In this document: one piece after another, positions 37,118 through 50,359 of the stretch
Position numbering within the stretch: the stretch's first letter is position 1
Layout of the letters: each line of letters begins with the position of its first letter
Origin: Dendrobates tinctorius
Lineage: Eukaryota
Assembly: GCF_039654945.1 (NCBI RefSeq)
Contig: NW_027361678.1
Coordinates: 12,834,001 to 12,898,000, forward strand
Direction: 5' to 3'
Length of the DNA stretch: 64,000 nucleotides
Notes under the pieces: generated by a model
Databases searched by the model: none
What the model saw: only the letters and a program-made list of their open reading frames with translations
Told to the model about the DNA's origin: nothing
Program-made: the position numbers and the translations under genes

Positions 37118-38587
37118 TGTGACGAAAGCACACCCTGTGCCACCAATACGTCGCGATCCCACCACTGACACGGGTATGTCAACGGACGGAGGGATGCGAT
37201 GCACTGCCTGCACACGGCTATCACAGGCACAGTGGGGGCTTATCTTAGTTAGCCCGCCACTGGTACCATGTGACAAACATACAGCAAGCTAATCTTGCTC
37301 TAACAATTTATCGCAGGGGGGTATTTTGGATGCCCCACCACTGCTAACAACCTTCCAAGAACTGTGGGGATTTATGCATATCCCACTTTCTCAGTTCCAC
37401 TTTGGAACTCGCAGCTCTCCGGCGCTCCCCCCTTACCCTCAGGTCAGTCAGGGAACTGCACCTAGGATAATTAGTCGCCGGATGGGCTGCTTGTTGTGCC
37501 CGGGCAATTAGACTACTGCAGTAAGGGAATTATCAATGCTTTGGCCATCTTGACACTCATTCAGCACATAAGACCCTTCCATACTGCCAACTAGCCCAAA
37601 CAGCCAAACACACCACGTTGCCACCAGCCACGATTCACTTAATCAACGAGTTAAGAGGGTCCGTGGCAAACCCCCAAATTAGTAGCGATTATCTAAAAAA
37701 GGCGCATCGTTTGTTTCTTAGAGCATGGAGACAAACTGATAATTTTATCATTTATTCCCAAAAGGTGGGCAGTGATTACACAGATAAAAGTTGTTACAAA
37801 GTTGAGACATTAAATATGTACATTGCAAGTGTAACGCTCTCGGCCGTGCCCGGCCTCGCCTCTGCTCCGGCGGCGCCAGCTGTTACCACCTCCCACCGGC
37901 ACCCTCGCCGCAGAGCGATCTCTCACCCAGCTCTGTCCTCCGACGTCCCTGCGCCCCCTCCTTAGGTCGCGGGCGCGCCAGCGCTCTCTCTTCTGTCGGC
38001 GGTGGGCGGCGCTGAGGGCGGTGCGTACCGCCCACTTCCGGGTCCTATGATATTTCAGGCGTTCTCTCTGTAGAGAGGACGCCTGAGGATAGTGTGTTAC
38101 CTTACGCTCTGTTCTGGCCCCCTCTGTCTTTACAGGGATCTAGTTTAGGTCCTCTTCCCGTCTCCCTGCTGGTCTCCATTCTGTCTCGCCTTCTCCTTGT
38201 CTCTCCCTCTTCCCGCTCCCTAGGTCTTGTATGTAACCCATCCCTGTACTTCCATCTGTGTCCTCCTGGTGTGCACTCCCTCTGCTCCGGTGCCTCCTCC
38301 TGTGTCCCTACTAGTAGCTGCTGCCTGCCGTCTCCTCATCCTACAACCCTGCTCGGGTTCTCTACACCTCTTTCCAGTGTTCTTGGTCACGCTGTTGCTC
38401 CGTGTCCCCAAGCCGTCCCTCCTGGTACCGGCTGTCGCGGTTCTGTCCTCTGCGGTTTTGCCCCTAACGATCCCTGTATAGGGGTCGGTCATCACCTGGC
38501 GCTCGACCCAGGGGCTCCAGATCCGTGACCCAGAGGGTCCACTCTCGGACATTGTCCATTCCCTGTCCGCTACAGTATCCTCAGGCC

Positions 38588-39613
38588 ATGGACCCTGCCG
38601 GTGCCGCGGCCGCTACGCAGAAGGAACTGCTGTTCCTGCGTGAAAATCAGACCTGGATAATGTCCTTCATGAAGTCCATGGACACCCGGTTGTCTGCTCT
38701 GCAAACCTCTGACCCAGGGCACGCTCCCCTCCTAGTCTGCCTTCAGCAGGAGCTCGCGCAGCAGCGCGATGCCCAGTCCCACATTTTGGGTTATATGGCG
38801 TCCGTTGACGACCGACTGCTTGCCTTGCAGTCCGCCGCGGCCGCCGCTACCCCACCCAGGGACGCAGCCTCGTCTCCGCCCCCCCGACTGGGAAAGCCTC
38901 CCCGGTATAGCGGAGATCCTAAGCTATGTCGGGGATTTTTAAATCAGTGCAGACTGCACTTTGAGCTCTTGCCCCAACAATACCCCACTGATTGCGCCAA
39001 GGTGGCGTTCATTGTTTCCCATCTTGAGGGAGAAGCCCTGGCCTGCGTGAATCCTCTATAGGAGAGGGACGATCCTGTCGTGTCTAGTATTCAAAACTTT
39101 CTGGAAACGTTCCACAAAGTTTTTGACGAGCCCGGGTGCTTAGCGTCTACTACAGAGGCCCTCTTTAACCTCCGCCAGGGGTCCCTTACGGTGGGACAGT
39201 ACGCCATCCGCTTTCGGACTTTGTCGTCGGAACTTGGATGGAATAATGAGGCACTTGTGGGGGCCTTCTGGAGAGGCCTCTCAAGTAAAATTAAGGATGA
39301 ACTTGCCGGTCGGGATACCCCAACCACCCTGGAGGATCTCATATCCCTGGCCACGTGCATAGACCTGCGGTTTCTGGAGAGCGCTCGAGAATCGGTTAGG
39401 GAGCGCAGACCCTTCAGGCTGTATCAAGCGCCCATTCCGCGCTCCTCAGCTCCCTCTACTAGTACTGGTCCCGAGCCTATGCAGGTAGATCGGATTAGGT
39501 TGACTGAGCAGCGTCGCAGGGAGAGGATGACGAACGGGCTCTGCCTGTACTGCGGTGGAGCCAATCACTTTGTGCGCACCTGTCTGGAGAGACCGGGAAA
39601 CGCCTCCACCTAG
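38588..39613 (+). pseudogene. gag (PEG10/sushi-like capsid plus zinc knuckle), one premature TAG at 39059
   Basis: PPRYSGDPKLCRGFLNQC, LRQGSLTVGQYAIRF, EPMQVD, CLYCGGANHFVRTC. Confidence 0.88.
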
Positions 39614-42600
39614 GTCAGGTAAGAGGGGTCTCCCTAGGTGATCATAATTCCTCTCTGCCCCTTACCCTTTCAGCTTTAATTATTTCAGGTCGGGAGCGCA
39701 GATCTGTGGAGGCGTATGTGGACTCAGGTGCGGCGGGTAATTTTATCCGGCAAGATGAGGTGGATAAACTCCAGATTCCGGTGGTCATCTTAAAGGATCC
39801 GCGTGCTATCACCTCCGTCGATGGAAAACCTCTTCCCGAGCTCGTCACCATGGTTACGGCCGAAGTAGACCTACAAATTGGAGCGCTTCATGTTGAAAGA
39901 ATTGCCTTCTATGTCCTGCCTAATTTGTCCCACGCTGTCCTCTTGGGATTACCCTGGCTCCGGCTGCACGAGCCAGTCGTCGACTGGCGCTCTGGGGGGA
40001 TCCTATGCTGGGGTCATTCCTGCCACGCACGATGTTTGCTGCCCATCCTTCTTCCTCGTTCCCTGCCTATGCCAGCCAATCTTCCGGGTCTTCCCGCACC
40101 GTACTACGCGTACGCCGACGTTTTTAGTAAAAAAGAAGCCGATTCCCTGCCCCCGCATCGGGCCTATGACTGCCCCATCAACCTGATTCCTGGAGCCACG
40201 CCGCCCAGAGGGAGAACGTATCCCTTGTCCCCAGCTGAGACCACGGCCATGACTGAGTACATACAGGAGAACTTGGCCAAGGGGTTTATTCGGAAATCCG
40301 TGTCCCTAGCAGGCGCAGGCTTTTTCTTCGTTCGGAAGAAGGACGGATCCCTCAGATCATGTATCTACTACCGGGGTCTGAACAATATCACGGTTAAGAA
40401 TCGATAACCGCTCCCGCTGATTCCGGAATTGTTCGACCGGCTGAGAGGGGCTCGGATCTTCACGAAGCTGGATCTACGGGGAGCCTACAATTTGATCCGG
40501 ATCCGCGCAGGGGATGAGTGGAAGATGGCCTTCAATACCTGTGACGGCCATTATGAGTATTTGGTCATGCCGTTTGGTCTCTGCAATGCTCCAGCCGTGT
40601 TCCAGGAGTTCGTTAATGAAGTGTTTCGGGATCTCCTGTATTCGTGCGTAGTAGTGTACCTGGATGATATTCTTATCTTTTCGCCTGACTTATCCTCTCA
40701 TCGGAGAAGCGTACGCATGGTTCTGCACCGACTCCGGGAGAATCACCTCTACGCCAAAATTGAAAAGTGTCTCTTCGAACAGACCTCGCTACCCTTCTTG
40801 GGGTATATTATCACAGACTCCGGTCTAAAGATGGATCCCGAGAAACTCTCTGCGGTACTCAAGTGGCCCCGTCCTGTCGGTATAAAGGCCATCCAGCGTT
40901 TCCTTGGATTCGCGAATTATTACCGACAGTTCGTGCCGCATTTTTCCACGGTGACCAAACCCCTCACGGTCCTGACCCGGAAAGGAACTAAGCCAAACAG
41001 CTGGTCTCCCAAGGCTGAAGACGCTTTTCTGGCGCTAAAACGCTCCTTTGCCTCAGCGCCGGTCTTACATCGGCCAGTGGTCAGTAGGCCTTTTGTTCTA
41101 GAAGTGGACGCCTCTTCCACCGGAGCTGGGGCGGTTCTCTCTCAGCAAGCCTCCTCAGAACAACTGGTGCCCTGCGGGTTCTTTTCCAGATCCTTCTCAC
41201 CTGCAGAGTGCAACTACTCCATTGGAGACCGGGAATTGCTGGCCATTAAGATGGCTCTAGAAGAATGGCGGTACTTGCTCGAGGGGGCGGTGCATCCCTT
41301 TACTATCTTCACGGACCACAAAAATGTGGCCTATCTGCAGTCCGCACAGAGGCTCAACTCCAGACAGGCCAGATGGGCCTTGTATTTTTCTCGGTTTGAT
41401 TTCAAGCTGCACTTCCGGCCCGGCGATAAGAACGTCAAGGCGGATGCACTCTCCAGGTCCTTACAGTCGCCTGAGGAGGACGAGGGTCCATCATATATTA
41501 TTGAGCCTACCAAAATGATCACTGTGGCCCCTGTGAACTTTTCTGCCCCTCCACCAGGCAAGACCTTCGTGCCTAGGAATAAGCGTCTGGAGGTGTTACG
41601 CTGGGGGCACTCCTCCAAGGTTGCTGGGCACGTCGGGACCAAGAAGACCCTCTCGCTTCTCGCCCATTACTGGTGGGCCACCCTCCGCCAAGACGTGGTG
41701 GATTATGTTGCTTCTTGCACAACCTGTGCTCGGAACAAGGTCCCAAGAACCCTTCCCTCCGGCCTACTCCATCCGTTGCCTGTTCCGGAGGCTCCATGGC
41801 AGCAAATTGCTATGGATTTCGTGACTGACTTGCCTCGCTCAGCCGGTTGCACCACCATCTTAGTCGTAGCGGACCGCTTCTCTAAGATGGCTCATTTTGT
41901 CCCCCTGGCCGGATTGCCGTCAGCTCCGGAGTTGGCCGAGATCTTCATCCACCAGATCTTCAGATTACATGGTCTCCCCCTACGGATTGTGTCTGATCGT
42001 GGGGTTCAGTTTACGTCTCGCTTTTGGAGGGCTCTCTGCCGACTTATGGGTACATCCACCGATTTCTCCTCTGCTTATCATCCACAGACCAACGGGCAAG
42101 TGGAACGGATAAATCAGGGCCTGACAACCTATCTGCGTCACTTTTCCAACGCTCATCAGGACAACTGGGTCTCACTTCTACCTTGGGCAGAATTCGCCCA
42201 TAACAACCACCCCAGTGAGTCGACCACCAAATCTCCGTTCTTTGTGGTCTCTGGCCGCAATCCGGGTGTTCCACTGCCCTTTATCACGTCATCAGGAGTT
42301 CCCGCAGCTGATGCTCTCGCCAAAGAATTTTCAAAGATTTGGAAGGAGACCAGAGAGTCCCTCGTGAATGCCAGTGCTCGAATCAAGAAACATGTGGACA
42401 AGAGACGAAGGGACCTTCCTCGGTACCGTCCTGGCGACAAGGTCTGGCTCTAGACCAAGCACATCCGCTTGAAAGTTCCTTCCTATATGTTGAGTCCTCG
42501 TTACATCGGTCCCTTCGAGGTGCTAAAACGCATCAATGAGGTGGCTTATAAACTGAGATTGCCGGCTTCACTCCGGGTCCCCAACGCCTTTCATGTCTCG

Positions 42601-42858
42601 CTCCTGAAACCTGTAGTTCTGAATCGGTTCCAACCGGTCTCCATTGCCCCTCCTTCGCCTGTTGGCTCGGATGACATCTTTGAAATAAGGGACATTTTAG
42701 CCATGAAAAAGGTCAGGGGGAGATCCCTCTTTCTTATTGATTGGAAGGGGTTTGGCCCTGAGGAGAGGTCCTGGGAGCCTCGAGAAAACATCAACGCCCC
42801 CCTAATATTGAAAAGATTTCTGGCCAATCTCAGAAAGGGGGCATGTAAGGGGGGGTAC
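39595..42858 (+). pseudogene. pol (protease, RT, RNase H, integrase, chromodomain) in the -1 frame; premature stops at 40405 and 42451
   Basis: YVDSGA, KLDLRGAY, YLDDILI, EVDAS, HHCC, IAMDFV, SDRGVQF, HPQTNGQVER, GPF, WKGFGPEERSWEP; the frame continues into the 3' LTR. Confidence 0.92.
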
Positions 42859-44384
42859 TGTAACGCTCTCGGCCGTGCCCGGCCTCGCCTCCGCTCCGGC
42901 GGAGCCAGCTGTTACCACCTCCCACCGGCACCCTCGCAGCAGCGCGATCTCACCCAGCTCTCTGTCCTCCGACGTCCCTGCGCCCCCTCCTTATGTCGCG
43001 GGCGCGCGCCAGCGCTCTCTCTTCTGTCGGCGGTGGGCGGCGCTGAGGGCGGTGCGTACCGCCCACTTCCGGGTCCTATGATATTTCAGGTGTTCTCTCT
43101 GTAGAGAGGACGCCTGAGGATAGTGTGTTACCTTACGCTCTGTTCTGGCCCCCTCTGTCTTTACAGGGATCTAGTTTAGGTCCTCTTCCCGTCTCCCTGC
43201 TGGTCTCCGTTCTGTCTCGCCTTCTCCTTGTCTCTCCCTCTTCCCGCTCCCTAGGTCTTGTATGTAACCCGTCCCTGTACTTCCATCTGTGTCCTCCTGG
43301 TGTGCACTCCCTCTGCTCCGGTGCCTCCTCCTGTGTAGTAGTACTAGTAGTGGCTGCCTGCCGTCTCCTCATCCTACATCCCTGCTCGGGTTCTCTACAC
43401 CTCTTTCCAGTGTTCTTGGTCATGCTGTTGCTCCGTGTCCCCGAGCCGTCCCTCCTGGTACCGGCTGTCGCGGTTCTGTCCTCTGCGGTTTTGCCCCTAA
43501 CGATCCCTGTATAGGGGTCGGTCATCACCTGGCGCTCGACCCAGGGGCTCCAGATCCGTGACCCAGAGGGTCCACTCTCGGACATTGTCCATTCCCTGTC
43601 CACTACAGCAAGTATAAAGCAACAAGGATTAAAAAAACAGAGTAACACTTACATGTGCTTAGTTGGTATTAGGCAGACCATGTGTAGCAAGGGGGATGGG
43701 CCGCTTAGCCAGACATCCCCGGACATCTGCAGGTCTTTCTAGCATGGCATCTGCAGCTTCAACTGATGAATTCCAAGTAAGGGATATCTTATAGCCTAGG
43801 GTCGGTTACATCACGAAAGGGGCAGTCTACAGAAGTTCAGCCCCCCTTTCTCCAAGTTGCCATTTAGCTAAAAAAAATTATAATAACCATATCTTAACGA
43901 GGGAAGATCGAATAGACACACCGAGGGTCTCATTGGTTGTAGTTTATCGAATACAGTAAAACAACATCAAACATGCCATAATTAAGACACTCCATTTGGG
44001 AGCAATCCATATCTCAGTTTCTGGAGGGGTTAGAGCCGTGAGAATTAGGGATTAGAGAGTTGGTTTCGTGCCCTTTGCAGAAATGTAATTATTATATCTC
44101 TGCCGCGAGGGAGGTGCACGCTAGAGCTTCTTTAATATCTCTCATTGTTTTATTTCAGCCGCATGTCCCAGAACAAAAAACATCCTTTCACTTAGCTGTG
44201 CAGGGAGGGGGGAGGAGAAGGCTATGAGAGGAAATGAGCAGTGTCCTTTTACCAGCAGGCAGAGGGGGGAGGTAAGGGGGAATGCTGCAGCTATGTGACA
44301 CGATTTTCTCCTAGCATGGAGGATTCTGGAAGGTTCCAGCAAGATCAAAGGTTACTTAACATACATATCTTGCAGTACATTACA

Positions 44385-47213
44385 GTGGGCCAATGTTCCA
44401 GGTGTCAATGCTGCACTGGCACTCCTGAGTGGAGGAGCACTTTCTGGCAAATCCACATCCCTACAGTCACGCACAAACACTGTACCTAACCTTGGCACGC
44501 CCACATATTCTCTTGCCCCCTCAGAAGCATTCTCCTGCCCAAAATAATCATCCCCCTCATTCTCCTCCTCCTCCTCTTCCTCTTCTTCCTCCACCTCGTC
44601 CAGGACAGTTCCTTGACCAGACAATGGCTGACTGTCATCAAGGCTTTCCTCCTCCTCCTCCGCTGCAGATGCCTGATCCTTAATGTGTGTCAAACTTTGC
44701 ATGAGCAGACGCATAAGTGGGATGCTCATGCTTATGATGGCGTCGTCTGCGCTTTCCAGCCATGTGCATTCCTCAAAACACTGAAGGACTTTACAGAGGT
44801 CTTTCAGCTTTGACCACTGCACACCCGACAATTCCATGTCTTTCTTCAAACTGCCTGCCCGTGTATCCTCCCACAAATGCATTACAGCCTGCCTCTGTTC
44901 GCACAGCCTCACAACCATGCGCAGGGTGGAGTTCCACCTTGTTGCAATGTCTAGGACTAGGCGGTGCTTGGGGAGCAATTGCTGCAGCTTCTGTATACGA
45001 GTGGAGTGGACGTTTGAGCGACGGATGTGCGAGCACAGTCTTCGCACCTTATGTAGCAGGGATGTTAACTCTGGATAATTATTAAGGAAGCACTGCACCA
45101 CCAGGTTCAAAGTGTGAGCAGGCAAGGTATGTGTGTGAGTTTTGCATGGGCTATGGCTGCCACAAAATTACGGCCGTTATCACTGACTACCTTGCCTGCC
45201 TCAAGATGTAGACTGCCCAGCCATGACTCAGTTTGTCACTGCAAGAAGTCGGCCAGTACCTCCGCGGTGTGTCTGTTGTCGCCCAAAGACATCATCTGTA
45301 ACACAGCCTGCTGACGCTTACCACTAGCTGTTCGATAGTGGGCACCTCGTGTGCAACACTGCCAGCTGCGGATGGAGTGCTCGTGCGACTGCGCTCTGTG
45401 GACGAGCTTTCGCTGATGGAGGAGGAGGGTTGAAAGCCTACAGCCAACTGTTTCCTATACAGTGGGCTAGGCAGCACTGTTCCACCGCCGCTGTCCCCTG
45501 CGGAGCCTGCATCCACCACATTAACCCAGTGCACAGTGATGGACACGTAACGGCCCTGGCCATGCCTACTAGTCCATGCATCTGTTGTGAGGTGCACCTT
45601 CCACTCACTGACTGTTTTAGTGCATGAACAATGCGGTCTTTCACATGCCGGTGGTGGGCAGGGATGGCTTTTTGAGAAAAGAAGTGCCGACTGGGTAGGT
45701 CATAGCGTGGGACAGCGTAGGCCATGAGCTCGCGGAAAGCTTCGCTTTCAACCAAACGGTAGGGCATCATCTCTAATGAGATTAGTTTGGCAATGTAGGC
45801 ATTCAAACACAGTGTACGCGGATGAGAGGATGAGTTCTTTCTTGTCCTACTCAGAGTGTCTGGTAGGGTGAGCTGGACTGGAGAGCTGCATATGGGGGAA
45901 GTAGCGGTGGACCGGATGGAGTGAGAGGGGGTTGGTGATGGTATTGGTGGTGATGGCCTAGATTCAGTGTTGTGTTGCAAAACCATTGTGATTCCCTGAG
46001 TGCTTTGGCCTTGCGACGACACCTTCACATTTAGTGCTGGTGGTGTGCTTAACGGTGGCGGTGGTCTTACAGTGGGGGAAGCGATGGAGCGTTGCTGGCT
46101 ACCTTCAGTCGGAGCAGGTGCACATGTGCTACCTGAGGTTTTGTAGTCCGTCCACGCTTGCAAGTGCATGTTGATTAAATGTCTAAGCATGCAACTGGTA
46201 TTCAAATTTCTGAGTTGTTTACCTCGGCTGAAAGTCCTTCCTCACTTCTTACGGGTAACCTTTGCCTCATCAGTAGGATTTTGGACAAAGAAGTGCCACA
46301 CTGCACTCTTCCTACTATGGTATACATTTTCTGGCCTTGCACGCTGTGCTAAGTTGACCGTCTGGCCCAGCTGTCCTGCAACTCTTTTAGTTTTTGGTCC
46401 ACGTTTTTGGACAGCTACGGGTCTGCCAGATAACCGCTGCTGCGATGTCAATGCCTGCTGCGGATCCTTCTCCTTATCTGAACTATTGCCAGCGCCACCC
46501 TCCTCCCCCAATGGATGCCAATCCGGGTCAAGAACTGGGTCATCCATCACATCCTCTTCAAAGTCATCTGCACTTTCCTCTTTACCTTCCTCTGTGTCAC
46601 CGTGTAAGGTGGAATAGTATGCGGGAAGGGGCACCTGAGTTTCATCAGGGTCAGATTCTGGCTCACTAGACTGCGAGGGCAATGTAGTGCTCTGGGTCAA
46701 TGTACCAGCAGAATCATCTAGCAGTGGCTGTGCATCAGTGCACTCCATGTCAGATTCATCTTGGACTGGGGAATTCAGGATTTGACTGGATAACCCAGGC
46801 ATGGTATGTGAAAACAGCTCCATAGAGTAATCTGAAGTGTGGGCTGCCGCATCCTTAACTTTTGGTGGAGGTGAAGGACACAGGGAAAGGTGTTTTTCCT
46901 GACCAGAACCCTGCACTGACGACTCCGTGCTTGCAGGTTTCGAACGTTCAGAAGAGGAGGCAATAGAGCTGGTGGCTGTTTCGGCAATGTACGCCAAAAC
47001 CTGTTCCTGATGCTCCGGCTTTAAAAGCGGTTTTCCTACTCCAAGAAAAGGCTACCTTACAGGCCTTCTTGGGCCAGATGATGACGCAGGCTCAACACCT
47101 CCTGCCTTAGCTGCTATTGTGCTTTTGCCAGAACCAGCCGATGCACCACCACTATCAGTACCAGCTGCGCCCCCCTGCCCACGTCCATGGCCTCTTCCAC
47201 CATACTTCCTCAT
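44385..47213 (-). pseudogene. hAT (ZBED-like) transposase N-terminal and central part, frameshifted
   Basis: MRKYGG start at 47213; BED finger SAVWHFF..NTSCMLRHL..MH; HLTTDAWTS; AHTLNLVV; ATRWNST. Confidence 0.85.
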
Positions 47214-47451
47214 GTTTGGGAAAATGTACCAAAAATACCAGCAGAGAGATCGTACTGTATGAGGAGCGTCCACCTGTGTAAGGTGTATTAAAAAAATTAA
47301 ATCTACTTATATATTTGTTAGTCACAGACGCTTTCACAGTATGTATTTGACCGTAATCCAACAAGCAGACATACGGAACTGTATCAGATGTGTACAGCTG
47401 TATACGTTTTTTGTGTAACTAACAATCTCCGTATATGTATTTACAGAGTGT

Positions 47452-47484
<33 letters not shown>

Positions 47485-47539
47485 ACTCTATATAGATGTG
47501 ACTGTAATGCAAACGGCAGATATACAATACTGTTTGAGA

Positions 47540-48070
47540 ATCGGACAGCTCTATATGGTGTGTGTATGAAAAATTGTCAATCTCCATCTATTTGTATACG
47601 GACTGACACACGCTGTCTCTGTCTAGTTTTGACCATAGTCAAACAGCAGATATACAAAACTGTTTGAAAAGCGGACAGCTCTCTAAGGTGTAGGTCTGGA
47701 AAAATGGAAAATCTCCTCGACTTGTTTTCTAGAGTCACACACAGATAGCTTCTGTTTGTCCGTGATACAAGGCGGTACACGGTAGTGTGTAAGGAGCATA
47801 CACCGCTATACGGTGTCTGTATGGAAAATTGTCAATCTCCATCTATTTGCATACGGACTGACACACGCTGTCTCTGTCTAGTTTTGACCATAGTCAAACA
47901 GCAGATATACGAAACTGTTTGAAAAGCGGACAGGTCTATAAGGCGTAGGTCTGGAAAAGTGGAAAAACTCCTCGGCTTGTTTTCCAGAGTCACACCCAGA
48001 TAGCTTCTATTTGTCCGTGATACCAGCCGGTACACGGTAGTGTGTGAGGAGCGTACACTGCTATATGGTG
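47540..48070. repeat. ~255-bp tandem duplication in the hAT subterminal region, preceded by (CA)n at 47452-47480
   Basis: Near-identical blocks (ORFs 47577-47780 and 47832-48035). Confidence 0.75.
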
Positions 48071-48753
48071 TGTGAAATAATGAACGCTCAGTAACTCACC
48101 AGAGCAAAATAATAAAAGTTGGAGTGCTTTGAAAAAAACAGTTTGAACAGCAGTGTGCACACAGCAATTCAGCTAGCAGGTAGCCTTAAAAGGCAGCCTA
48201 ATCACCACCGGCGCTGCTGCACAGAACAAAAATCCTCCCCTTTCACTGCACACTAACTGTACAGTGAAAAGCGCTAGCAGCAGAAGCAATTTTTTTTTTC
48301 TTCTTCCCTGCTTAACGCTCTCCCTATTCAGAAGCAGCAGCAGCAGCAGCAACACCTCTCCCTATTGTAAGATTGGCGGAAGTAAGATGGCGGTCGGTGG
48401 TCACAGCCTTTTATACCCACTGTGACGCCACACAAAGCCAGACAATCACTTCAATGCCCTTCTCTAAGATGGTAGTGACCACTGCGCATGTCATCGCATT
48501 GCCCACAGTGTGCGTCCCCCATCATTGGCTGAGAAAAGGCGCTGGAAGCATTATTTGAAACGCGACTTTGGTGCTCTGATCGGCGACCTCATGGCCGACC
48601 TCACGCTATGGTCGGGTTTCGATCAGCGAAACCCGACTTTGGCTAAAGTCGGCTATTTTTTAATTTGACTGACCCGTTTCGCTCAACTCTAATTATAAAT
48701 GAGGAAGGCAATATCTGTAAATCCTTCCACAACCAAGAAACATTCTTTATATA

Positions 48754-50359
48754 CAGTGGGGAAAAAAAGTATTTAGTCAGTCAGCAATAGTGCAAGTTCC
48801 ACCACTTAAAAAGATGAGAGGCGTCTGTAATTTACATCATAGGTAGACCTCAACTATGGGAGACAAACTGAGAAAAAAAAATCCAGAAAATCACATTGTC
48901 TGTTTTTTTTTCATTTTATTTGCATATTATGGTGGAAAATAAGTATTTGGTCAGAAACAAAATTTCATCTCAATACTTTGTGATATATCCTTTGTTGGCA
49001 ATGACAGAGGTCAAACGTTTTCTGTAAGTCTTCACAAGGTTGCCACACACTGTTGTTGGTATGTTGGCCCATTCCTCCATGCAGATCTCCTCTAGAGCAG
49101 TGATGTTTTTGGCTTTTCGCTTGGCAACACGGACTTTCAACTCCCTCCAAAGGTTTTCTATAGGGTTGAGATCTGGAGACTGGCTAGGCCACTCCAGGAC
49201 CTTGAAATGCTTCTTACGAAGCCACTCCTTCGTTGCCCTGGCGGTGTGCTTTGGATCATTGTCATGTTGAAAGACCCAGCCACGTTTCATCTTCAATGCC
49301 CTTGCTGATGGAAGGAGGTTTGCACTCAAAATCTCACGATACATGGCCCCATTCATTCTTTCATTTACCCGGATCAGTCGTCCTGGCCCCTTTGCAGAGA
49401 AACAGCCCCAAAGCATGATGTTTCCACCACCATGCTTTACAGTAGGTATGGTGTTTGATGGATGCAACTCAGTATTCTTTTTCCTCCAAACACGACAAGT
49501 TGTGTTTCTACCAAACAGTTCCAGTTTGGTTTCATCAGACCATAGGACATTCTCCCAAAACTCCTCTGGATCATCCAAATGCTCTCTAGCAAACTTCAGA
49601 CGGGCCCGGACATGTACAGGCTTAAGCAGTGGGACACGTCTGGCACTGCAGGATCTGAGTCCATGGTGGCGTAGTGTGTTACTTATGGTAGGCCTTGTTA
49701 CATTGGTCCCAGCTCTCTGCAGTTCATTCACTAGGTCCCCCCGCGTGGTTCTGGGATTTTTGCTCACCGTTCTTGTGATCATTCTGACCCCACGGGGTGG
49801 GATTTTGCGTGGAGCACCAGATCGAGGGAGATTATCAGTGGTCTTGTATGTCTTCCATTTTCTAATTATTGCTCCCACAGTTGATTTCTTCACTACAAGC
49901 TGGTTGGCTATTGCAGATTCAGTCTTCCCAGCCTGGTGCAGGGCTACAATTTTGTTTCTGGTGTCCTTTGACAGCTCTTTGGTCTTCACCATAGTGGAGT
50001 TTGGAGTCAGACTGTTTGAGGGTGTGCACAGGTGTCTTTTTATACTGATAACAAGTTTAAACAGGTGCCATTACTACAGGTAATGAGTGGAGGAAAGAGG
50101 AGACTCTTAAAGAAGAAGTTACAGGTCTGTGAGAGCCAGAAATCTTGATTGCTTGTTTCTGACCAAATACTTATTTTCCACCATAATATGCAAATAAAAT
50201 GAAAAAAAAACAGACAATGTGATTTTCTGGATTTTTTTTTCTCAGTTTGTCTCCCATAGTTGAGGTCTACCTATGATGTAAATTACAGACGCCTCTCATC
50301 TTTTTAAGTGGTGGAACTTGCACTATTGCTGACTGACTAAATACTTTTTTTCCCCACTG
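48754..50359 (-). mobile_element. Full-length Tc1 DNA transposon (1606 bp, IR/DR type)
   Basis: 207-bp TIRs 48754-48960 and 50153-50359 that appear identical; TA TSD; intact transposase ORF. Confidence 0.96.
48970..49992 (-). CDS. Intact Tc1 DD34E transposase, 340 aa
   Basis: Paired-like HTH, GAPRK linker, [26 protein letters not shown]; 34 residues between the second D and E; no stops or frameshifts. Confidence 0.95.
   Translation of the reverse strand: MVKTKELSKDTRNKIVALHQAGKTESAIANQLVVKKSTVGAIIRKWKTYKTTDNLPRSGAPRKIPPRGVRMITRTVSKNPRTTRGDLVNELQRAGTNVTRPTISNTLRHHGLRSCSARRVPLLKPVHVRARLKFAREHLDDPEEFWENVLWSDETKLELFGRNTTCRVWRKKNTELHPSNTIPTVKHGGGNIMLWGCFSAKGPGRLIRVNERMNGAMYREILSANLLPSARALKMKRGWVFQHDNDPKHTARATKEWLRKKHFKVLEWPSQSPDLNPIENLWRELKVRVAKRKAKNITALEEICMEEWANIPTTVCGNLVKTYRKRLTSVIANKGYITKY

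Larger units (their letters stand above)
37830..43607 (+). mobile_element. Full-length Ty3/Gypsy chromovirus (Tf1/sushi group) LTR retrotransposon
   Basis: LTRs 37830-38574 and 42859-43607 (TG..CA, highly similar); 5-bp TSD GCAAG; polypurine tract before 42859; order gag-PR-RT-RH-IN-chromodomain. Confidence 0.95.
37118..44384 (-). mobile_element. ~1.5-kb solo-LTR-like insert splitting the hAT transposase, itself split by a full-length Gypsy element
   Basis: TGTGAC...TTACA termini; 5-bp TSD GTGGG at 37113-37117 and 44385-44389; non-coding; orientation tentative. Confidence 0.7.
31992..48691 (-). mobile_element. 16.7-kb hAT DNA transposon with multiple nested insertions
   Basis: TIRs TAGAGATGAGCGA / TCGCTCAACTCTA; 8-bp TSD ATTATAAA at 31984-31991 and 48692-48699; related subterminal AAACCCGACTTT..AAAGTCGG motifs at both ends; internal transposase fragments. 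Confidence 0.85.

Noticed and set aside
37830-43607. Chromovirus as an active element or a domesticated PEG10/RTL-like gene
   Set aside because: Three premature stops (39059, 40405, 42451), slightly diverged LTRs and a retained TSD indicate a dead insertion
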